Shown: positions 57,866-64,000 of the stretch, piece after piece
Layout of the letters: each line of letters starts with the position of its first letter
Numbering within the stretch: position 1 is the stretch's first letter
Translations under genes and position numbers: made by a program
DNA from: Polyangiaceae bacterium
GTDB taxonomy: Bacteria; Myxococcota_A; Polyangia; Polyangiales; Polyangiaceae
Direction of reading: 5' to 3'
Assembly (NCBI GenBank): GCA_036500865.1
Contig: DASYBG010000008.1
Coordinates: 73,618 to 137,617 of the forward strand
DNA length: 64,000 nt
Notes under the pieces: generated by a model
Database searches by the model: none
Seen by the model: only the letters and a program-made list of their open reading frames with translations
Told to the model about the DNA's origin: nothing

Positions 57866-59464
57866 CTATAGACCGCATGCCTTCGCAAATCGAGGGTCGC
57901 ACGCGCCGCCTACCGTCCGGCGCGCCACGCGGTAGAGATAGTAGTTCTCCTCTTCGATCATCGAGTCGTAAAGCTCGGCGATGCGCGTGATGCCGGGAGC
58001 GTCGGCGATGTTCGGCGCGAGCGGCCGGTTCATGATGAGCACCGCGTCCTCGCCGCGCTCTTGCCCGAGCCCCGCCGCGTAGTCGACGGTCTGCTCGTCG
58101 GTCGGGTCCCAGTGGCGGTCGCGCGTCCACTTCACGAACGAGAACGGCCGCCCGGTCCGCGGGCTGTAGGCGAACGCGTGCGGCCCGAGCAGCCCGAGGA
58201 CGGTGATGGCGGGGTAGTCGACCTCGGCGACGAGCAGCGCGTCGGCGAGGCCGTGGGCTCGAATGGCGCTTGCCGCGCGCGCCCCCGACGAGAAGACGTA
58301 CCGGTAGTCGAAGGAGAGGGCGATCGCCGCCGCAGGCACGTGCACGAGCAGCACCACGGCCAAGGTGGGCGCGAGGGCTGCCTCGCGGAGGGGCACCTTC
58401 GTGCGGGAGGCGCCTCGCGAGGACGCCCGCGCGATCCACGCTCCCATCAAGAAGAGGACGAAGAAGAACCCGTGGTGGCGTACGTCGCCCCCGTAGACGC
58501 CGCCGAAGAGAGCCACGAGCAAGAGCGACCCCGCCGCGAACACGATCGCCGCCGTGTGATCGACCGACAGCAAGAACACGATCCACGCGGCCAACGCCAG
58601 CGACACCCAGAGGGCCACGGCGCGGAACGGCTCGTACGAGAGGAGCGCGTTCGAGTTCCAGAAGAAGAAGTCGGGCCGCGGGATGGGCAGCAGGCCGGCG
58701 ATGAGCCGCGTCGGCGCGTCGTCCGAGGGAATCGTCTTCGGAAGGGCGACGTGCGCGACCGTCGAGTCGGCCGGAGGCCACGCGCACGCCAGCGCGGCGA
58801 GACACGCGAGGCCGCCGACCGCGATGGGCCAGAGGAGGCCGTTGCGGTGCTCCCTCCCCGCGCGCGTCGCGCCCAACCAGTCCAAGACCAGCGTCACGAG
58901 GTACCCGGCCGCCACCATGGTGGCGACGGTCGTCGTCAGCGCGAGGGCCGCGACGAGGACCGAGGTCACGAGCGGCCGCTCGGCGCGCCGCGGGTGGTGG
59001 ACGCACAGAAGCAGCGCGAAGAGGAGGGCCAGCCCGTAGCAGCGGCTGATCGCCACGTACTCGTAGGCCATGAAGTAGCCGAACGGAAAGAGCGCGCGCA
59101 CGCTCCGCCCGAACGGCGCGAACGCAGCGAACACCCAGACGCACGCCGCCGCGATCGCGACGTGCACGATCTGCATGCTGCGCGGGTCGTGGGTAGCCTT
59201 CTCGAGGACCCAAAGGAGCAAGTACCAGAGCGGCGGGTGGCCGTCGTACGCGCGGTTGCGGACGACGTCCCACGGGGTCGCGCTGTCTCGGGCGACGAGC
59301 CAGCAGTGAAGCTCGTCGCGCCACATCTCGTGGTGGACAATCGAAAAGACGGCCAAAGGGAGATAGGCGAGCAACACCCACGCGGCGAATCGGCGGTCGC
59401 CGCCTTCGTTGAAGGATCGGACACGCGTCGGCCATCCAATCGAGAGCATGATTTCGGGGCGCAC
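57866..59464 (-). CDS. polytopic membrane protein, GT-C-type (PMT/ArnT-like) glycosyltransferase suspected
   Basis: About 11-12 hydrophobic segments. An Asp-Glu pair lies just after the first TM ([17 protein letters not shown]), as in GT-C enzymes. Start GTG 59464 or ATG 59449. Confidence 0.5.
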   Translation of the reverse strand: MRPEIMLSIGWPTRVRSFNEGGDRRFAAWVLLAYLPLAVFSIVHHEMWRDELHCWLVARDSATPWDVVRNRAYDGHPPLWYLLLWVLEKATHDPRSMQIVHVAIAAACVWVFAAFAPFGRSVRALFPFGYFMAYEYVAISRCYGLALLFALLLCVHHPRRAERPLVTSVLVAALALTTTVATMVAAGYLVTLVLDWLGATRAGREHRNGLLWPIAVGGLACLAALACAWPPADSTVAHVALPKTIPSDDAPTRLIAGLLPIPRPDFFFWNSNALLSYEPFRAVALWVSLALAAWIVFLLSVDHTAAIVFAAGSLLLVALFGGVYGGDVRHHGFFFVLFLMGAWIARASSRGASRTKVPLREAALAPTLAVVLLVHVPAAAIALSFDYRYVFSSGARAASAIRAHGLADALLVAEVDYPAITVLGLLGPHAFAYSPRTGRPFSFVKWTRDRHWDPTDEQTVDYAAGLGQERGEDAVLIMNRPLAPNIADAPGITRIAELYDSMIEEENYYLYRVARRTVGGACDPRFAKACGL

Positions 59465-59558
59465 TTTACTTCAGGGCAGCCCCGCGTCGCCGCACCGCGG
59501 CGTCGCCGGTTCCGCTTTTGCTTCGCAACCGGCGTGACGCCAAGCTGTCGGGAGCATC

Positions 59559-61676
59559 ATGCGGAAGAGCGCATCGTGGGGGTCGGTTGTCGCCGCGTTG
59601 GCGGCAGGGGTCGCATGCGCGAGGTCGGTGCCGAGCCCCGGTACGATCGACCTCGGCGCGGACGACGCCGGCGCCGCGGCCGACGGCACGGTGGCGACGC
59701 TCGACGCGGGGGCGCCCCGGGGCGACGGCGCGAACACGGTCGTCATCGGGCCATCCCTTCCCGAGGCCGGACCCGACGCGGTCGCGGGCGACGGCGGACC
59801 CGTCCTCGCGGGGAACGGCTCGGGCCTCTGCGTCTCGGCGCGGTCTTGCGACATGGGCTGCGATCAGCTCGTCGAGAACGGCGTCCACGAGTACATCGAG
59901 CAACAGCCCGACGACGGCTCGCAGATCCCCGCAAAAGCCGTCGCGACGCTGTCTCCGCTCTTCGCCAATCCGTCTGCAGGCACCGGGCCCTGCATTATCG
60001 AGCCGCCGAGCGGGTCGCTCTACCCCAACAACTGGCTTCGCCCGCGCATTCGCTTCACGCCCTCCGCCACGAGCCAGACCATCTTCCAGATCCGCATCCA
60101 CGCGGATCGCCAAGCCAACGACCTCATCGTCTACACCGAGAGCAAGACCTGGGAGATCCCCGACGACGTCTGGACGGCGCTCGCCTCGTCGACGTGGGGG
60201 GAGGACATTACCGTGACCGTCGGCGCGGTCGCCGCCACGGGGGGGTCGGCCGCCTTCGCGACGACGAAGTTCCAGATTGCCCCGGCGTTCGCCAACGGCT
60301 CCATCGTCTACTGGGCGGCCGTCGGAAAGAACGCGGGAGAGTCGTGGCTCGAGAGCTTCAGCGTCGGTGACGACAACGTCGCCGTCGCGCTCACGGTTCC
60401 CCAAGTCGCCTGGAAATCGGCCCGCACCGAGACGGGCGGTCTGCAGACGCGAGCACAGCCGCTCGGTCTTCCCACGGGGTCGATCGCGTGCATTGGATGC
60501 CATGTGGCCGTGCCCGACCGAAACACGGTCACCTTCATCGAGGACTGGCCGTGGGACGGCGTCTCCGCGATGGTCGATCCGGCCGACACGGGAATGCTTC
60601 CGTCGTGGCTGACGCCGGGCGGCGCGGAGGCTCTCGGGATGCCGTGGCTCGGGATGATGAGCTTCTCGCCGCACGTCTGGAACGACCTCGGCCAGCATGT
60701 CGTCGTCGCCGCCATGCAAGGAGAGGCGACCTTCAACGCCGCCGCCATCGAGGCGGGGGTCGCGGCGCCCATCGCCCCGTGGGGCTACCAGGGCGGCAAC
60801 GAGTGGGACACCTCGCCAAACTCGCAGCTCGGGTGGATCAACCTGTCGACCCCGGCGCCCGCCGTGGCGCCGGCCGACGGCGGCACCGTGAGCGGCGACC
60901 AGCTCTCCCTCGGTATGGCCGCGAACTACGGGACCACGTGGGGCATCATCGCGCGCGGCGGGGACACGTCGGGCGTCGCGGCGCCGACCTGGGCCCACGC
61001 GGGCGACACCATCGTGTACACGTCGACGAACGCGGCGCAGAGCGGGCGGCTCGCGACCGGCGTGGCCGACCTTTGGTCCGTGCCGTACGCCGCGGGTGCG
61101 GGCGGGACGGCGACGCCCATCGCCGGAGCCTCGGACCCGAACTTCAACGAGTTCTATCCGGCGTTTTCGCCGGACGACAAGTACCTCGCCTTCAACCGCG
61201 CGCCGATCGCCGACAACATGTATTACGACGCGGCGTCGCAGGTGTACGTCATCCCGTCGAGCGGCGGCACGGCCTCGCGGCTCGTGGCGAATGACCCGCC
61301 TGCCTGCACCGGGGCCAAGAGCCCGGGCATCACCAACAGCTGGCCGAAGTGGTCGCCCGAGTACCCGGAGTGTGCAGGCAAGACGTACTACTGGCTCATC
61401 TTCTCGTCGGCCCGCGACGCCGTGCCGTTCGGCCCGCAGGGCGGCGTGCAGGGCGAGAACACCTCGCAGCTCTATTTGACCGCCCTCGTCGACGACGGCA
61501 CGACGCTGACGTCCTTCCCCGGAGTGTTCATCTGGAACCAGCACACGCAGGCGTCGGTCGCTCCGTACACCGGGCAGACACAGAGCAATCACACGCCACA
61601 ATGGGAGCCCATCGACCTGCCGCCGCCTCCACCTCCTCCACCCCCGCCGCCGCCTCAGCCACCCCCGCCGACGTGA
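59559..61676 (+). CDS. secreted protein with CXXCH motif, PD40/TolB-like beta-propeller repeats and C-terminal poly-proline tail (705 aa)
   Basis: Signal/lipobox-like MRKSASWGSVVAALAAGVAC. SIACIGCHVAVPD (CIGCH). PD40-like FYPAFSPDDKYLAF and SWPKWSPE. Ends DLPPPPPPPPPPPPQPPPPT. Confidence 0.7.
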   Translation: MRKSASWGSVVAALAAGVACARSVPSPGTIDLGADDAGAAADGTVATLDAGAPRGDGANTVVIGPSLPEAGPDAVAGDGGPVLAGNGSGLCVSARSCDMGCDQLVENGVHEYIEQQPDDGSQIPAKAVATLSPLFANPSAGTGPCIIEPPSGSLYPNNWLRPRIRFTPSATSQTIFQIRIHADRQANDLIVYTESKTWEIPDDVWTALASSTWGEDITVTVGAVAATGGSAAFATTKFQIAPAFANGSIVYWAAVGKNAGESWLESFSVGDDNVAVALTVPQVAWKSARTETGGLQTRAQPLGLPTGSIACIGCHVAVPDRNTVTFIEDWPWDGVSAMVDPADTGMLPSWLTPGGAEALGMPWLGMMSFSPHVWNDLGQHVVVAAMQGEATFNAAAIEAGVAAPIAPWGYQGGNEWDTSPNSQLGWINLSTPAPAVAPADGGTVSGDQLSLGMAANYGTTWGIIARGGDTSGVAAPTWAHAGDTIVYTSTNAAQSGRLATGVADLWSVPYAAGAGGTATPIAGASDPNFNEFYPAFSPDDKYLAFNRAPIADNMYYDAASQVYVIPSSGGTASRLVANDPPACTGAKSPGITNSWPKWSPEYPECAGKTYYWLIFSSARDAVPFGPQGGVQGENTSQLYLTALVDDGTTLTSFPGVFIWNQHTQASVAPYTGQTQSNHTPQWEPIDLPPPPPPPPPPPPQPPPPT
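61617..61673 (+). repeat. coding poly-proline tract (12 P, Q, 4 P)
   Basis: ccgccgcctccacctcctccacccccgccgccgcctcagccacccccgccg at the extreme 3' end of the gene. Confidence 0.9.
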
Positions 61677-61826
61677 AACACAAGCGTCCGGCAGGCGGCG
61701 TGGCACGCATTGGGGCGGACGTTTTCACTGTGGGCGGATGGAAGGCCATGTTTTGCCGTCTCAATCGCGCTTCGTGACGGATTGCGAGAGACGCGCCCTC
61801 CCGGGGAGGACAAGCTGAGGTCCACC

Positions 61827-62210
61827 ATGCGTATCGCGAAAAAGCGCGTGCTTATCGGGTCTTTGCTGGCCGCTTGTAGCTTGGTCGTCGCCTGCGGCGG
61901 CGGCGGATTTGGGGACGATTCGAGCTCCAGCACGGTCGTGACGGGCGGCAATACCGGGCCTGCCACTTCGACGGGCGGCACCTGCGACGTCGCGTGCAAC
62001 GTCGCCTCCGACTGCACCAACTCGTGCGCGGCTCCGGCCATGTCGGGCTACGTGTGGTGCTGCGCGAGCTCCACTTGTTACCCGTGGAGCGCGCTCCCGT
62101 GTCCCCCGGCGGCGACAGGGTCGAGCAGCAGCAGCGGCGGCAAGGTCGACGCGGGCGCGGCGCGCGACGCGGGCCGAGAAGCGGGCGCAAGGAACGGCCG
62201 CGGCGGCTGA
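61827..62210 (+). CDS. small Cys-rich lipoprotein (127 aa)
   Basis: ATG 61827: MRIAKKRVLIGSLLAACSLVVAC. CDVACNVASDCTNSCAAPAMSGYVWCCASSTCYPWSALPC. Confidence 0.65.
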   Translation: MRIAKKRVLIGSLLAACSLVVACGGGGFGDDSSSSTVVTGGNTGPATSTGGTCDVACNVASDCTNSCAAPAMSGYVWCCASSTCYPWSALPCPPAATGSSSSSGGKVDAGAARDAGREAGARNGRGG

Positions 62211-62230
62211 GAGGTCGCCCGCGCGTGCGT

Positions 62231-63469
62231 TCAGCTTCGCTTCTTCTTCGGGGCCGCCTTCTTTCGGGCCGATGCTTTCTTGGCGGCGGCGCGCGGCTTC
62301 GTGCGCTCGGCGGCGCGCCATAGGTACCAGCTCGCGGCGCTCCGGAACGGCTTCCATCGCTCGCCGTACTTGGCGAGGTCCTTCGGCGAGGGGAGCTCGC
62401 GCTTTCGCATCGCCGCGGCAAATCCTTTGCGGACGCCGTAGTCGTCGGCGGGAAGCACGTCGGCGCGGCCCAGCCGAAACATCAGCAACATTTCGGCGGT
62501 CCACCGGCCGATGCCCCGGACCTGAGTCAACCGCTCGATGATGGCGGCGTCGCCCAACCCGCGGAGCTCGCCGAGCTCGGGAATCTCCCCCGCGGCGCTC
62601 TTGGTCGCCAGGTCGCGGAGCGACGCGAGCTTCGAGCGTGACAGCCCCGCCCCGCGAAGCTTCTCGTCCGAGAGGCGCAGCAGACGCTCGGGCGTGATCC
62701 CGGCCTCCCACGGGAAGAGCGCCTGGACGCGCGCGAAGATGGTCGCCGCCGCCTTCCCCGTGAGCTGCTGGTACACGATGGCCTCGGCCAGCGCGAAAAA
62801 GAGGCTCGGCGTCCCGCGGAGCTTCATTCCGAACGGGCCGACCTCGTCGATGAGGCGAGCGAGAGCGGGGTCGGCCGCCCGAAGGTGCGCGACCGCCGCC
62901 GCGGGGTCGAAGTCGAAGACGCCGTCGCCGGCGAGGGCCGGCGCTTTGGGCTCGGCGTGGACGCTCTCGATCGTGAGCATCCGGAGCTTCGTGAGGACGC
63001 CGCCGTTCGCGGTGAACCCGCCGACCTTTCCGCCGGCCGCGAGCACCCGATGGCACGGCACGATGATCGCAAACGGGTTCTTCCCAAGGGCTTGCCCCAC
63101 CGCCCGCGCCGAGCCGGGTGCCTCGAGGTGCGCCGCGACGTCGCCGTAGGACCAGGTCTTCCCGGGAGGAATGCCGCGCGCGGCGGCATACACCTTGCGA
63201 TGGAACGGCGGGACGCCGTCCATGTCGAGCTCGATGCGGGCCAGGTCGGCCGCGTCTCCGCGAAGGAGCGCGACGATGGCGTCGATGGCGCGCGCCACAT
63301 CGGGCGGCGGCGGACCCTCGGATGCGTCCGGAAAGCGCTTGGCCATGCGGGCGCGCGTGGCGGGGTCGCGGCCCTCGGGGAGCTGCACGCCGAGGACGCC
63401 GTGCGGCCCCCACGCGATGGCGCACGCGCCGATGGCCGTGTCGAACAGCGCAAAAGCCTGGGTCGTCAT
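62231..63469 (-). CDS. fusion protein: methylated-DNA--protein-cysteine methyltransferase (Ogt/MGMT-type) + DNA-3-methyladenine glycosylase II (AlkA, HhH-GPD), Lys-rich tail
   Basis: N-terminal half: GKTWSYGDVA...NPFAIIVPCHRVLAAGGKVGGF (PCHR acceptor Cys). C-terminal half: LTQVRGIGRWTAEMLLMF...LPADDYGVRKG (HhH + catalytic Asp). Tail KPRAAAKKASARKKAAPKKKRS. Confidence 0.88.
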   Translation of the reverse strand: MTTQAFALFDTAIGACAIAWGPHGVLGVQLPEGRDPATRARMAKRFPDASEGPPPPDVARAIDAIVALLRGDAADLARIELDMDGVPPFHRKVYAAARGIPPGKTWSYGDVAAHLEAPGSARAVGQALGKNPFAIIVPCHRVLAAGGKVGGFTANGGVLTKLRMLTIESVHAEPKAPALAGDGVFDFDPAAAVAHLRAADPALARLIDEVGPFGMKLRGTPSLFFALAEAIVYQQLTGKAAATIFARVQALFPWEAGITPERLLRLSDEKLRGAGLSRSKLASLRDLATKSAAGEIPELGELRGLGDAAIIERLTQVRGIGRWTAEMLLMFRLGRADVLPADDYGVRKGFAAAMRKRELPSPKDLAKYGERWKPFRSAASWYLWRAAERTKPRAAAKKASARKKAAPKKKRS

Positions 63470-63520
63470 CTCACGCGGGACGGTAGCACCGGGGCCCAGC
63501 CCGAACTTGGCAGCGATTGC

Positions 63521-64000
63521 TCAGTACGAGACCGAGTCCACGTAGACGCGGAACGGCGTCGGCCCGAGCATCTCGAAGCCCACGCGCACGACGTTCTGCG
63601 GGTCGTAGTCCGGGCCGTTCGTATACGAGGGACTCGAGACGGCCAGCGACATGCAGGTCCACACGTGCGGCACGAGGTGGATGGTGCCGTTGTCGGCCCA
63701 GGTGAACTGGCTCCCGGTCTGGACGAAGAGCTTGAGGTTGGGTGTCGTCCCCGACTCGAGCCATACCCACGCGGAGACGACGCGGCCGGTGAGGTTGCCG
63801 AGCGCCGTCGCCTGGAATTCGGCCCAGCCGCCCATGGGCGTACCGGCGTCCGCCGGCATCTGCGTGACGTCGACCTCGAGCGCGCCGGGCGACGGGTCGC
63901 CGGTGCTGCCGGTCCAGCTCACGCCGCCCGATACACCACTATTGAGGAGGAGGACCCAGCCTTCGGTGTCGGAGTCGAATGTCCAGGAGCGCAACGGAGG
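63521..64000 (-). CDS. C-terminal part of a secreted CBM-like/beta-sandwich domain protein (N-terminus beyond the right edge)
   Basis: The frame is open to the window end. WTFDSDTEGWVLL...PGALEVDV...VRVGFEMLG..FRVYVDSVSY parallels the C-terminal domain of 35196..36242. Confidence 0.6.
   Translation of the reverse strand, partial: PPLRSWTFDSDTEGWVLLLNSGVSGGVSWTGSTGDPSPGALEVDVTQMPADAGTPMGGWAEFQATALGNLTGRVVSAWVWLESGTTPNLKLFVQTGSQFTWADNGTIHLVPHVWTCMSLAVSSPSYTNGPDYDPQNVVRVGFEMLGPTPFRVYVDSVSY

Noticed and set aside
61699-61716. A sigma54-type promoter (TGGCACGCATTGGGGC) upstream of the small lipoprotein gene.
   Set aside because: The -24 TGGCAC is present, but the -12 element does not give TTGC at the required spacing. 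The GC is displaced by one nucleotide and the TT is missing.

Overview
Very GC-rich (roughly 70% by eye) chromosomal segment. Gene content points to Myxococcota, probably a Sorangiineae/Polyangiales-like organism: three Hanks-type Ser/Thr kinases, a PEGA domain, an AgmX-like protein, many lipoproteins with Ser/Gly-rich linkers, and a MopE-like DNDC motif. I support about 50 protein-coding genes, and most are core housekeeping: secA, htrA/degP, truA, rsmD, dapB-dapA, a GH57 branching enzyme, rplU-rpmA, feoB/feoA, recD2, glmS, ald, pyrD, and a glutaryl-CoA dehydrogenase. I found no tRNA, rRNA, CRISPR array, transposase, integrase, phage gene or recognisable defence system, and composition looks uniform, so this is not an obvious accessory island. 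Many very long ORFs in the six-frame track (up to 1650 aa) are GC-driven shadow frames. The leads worth a second look, none proven:
1. A cyclic-nucleotide signalling neighbourhood at 4768..12805: a cNMP-binding kinase, an unknown polytopic membrane protein, and a 1774-aa kinase/P-loop/GAF/cyclase protein.
2. A non-canonical, translationally coupled feo cluster: a long feoB, a 7-Cys mini-protein, feoA, and a CXXCH lipoprotein.
3. A 333-bp non-coding array of about 16 degenerate 21-bp repeats with 42/85-bp higher order, in a convergent intergenic region (30977..31309).
4. A perfect 2 x 32-bp tandem repeat (29611..29674).
5. A 1-nt frameshift in an APC amino-acid permease.
6. An Ogt(PCHR)-AlkA fusion with a lysine-rich tail.
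7. A GT-C-like membrane protein divergent from a secreted PD40/CXXCH protein that ends in a poly-proline tail.
All functional calls come from motif recognition by eye. No database search was run.
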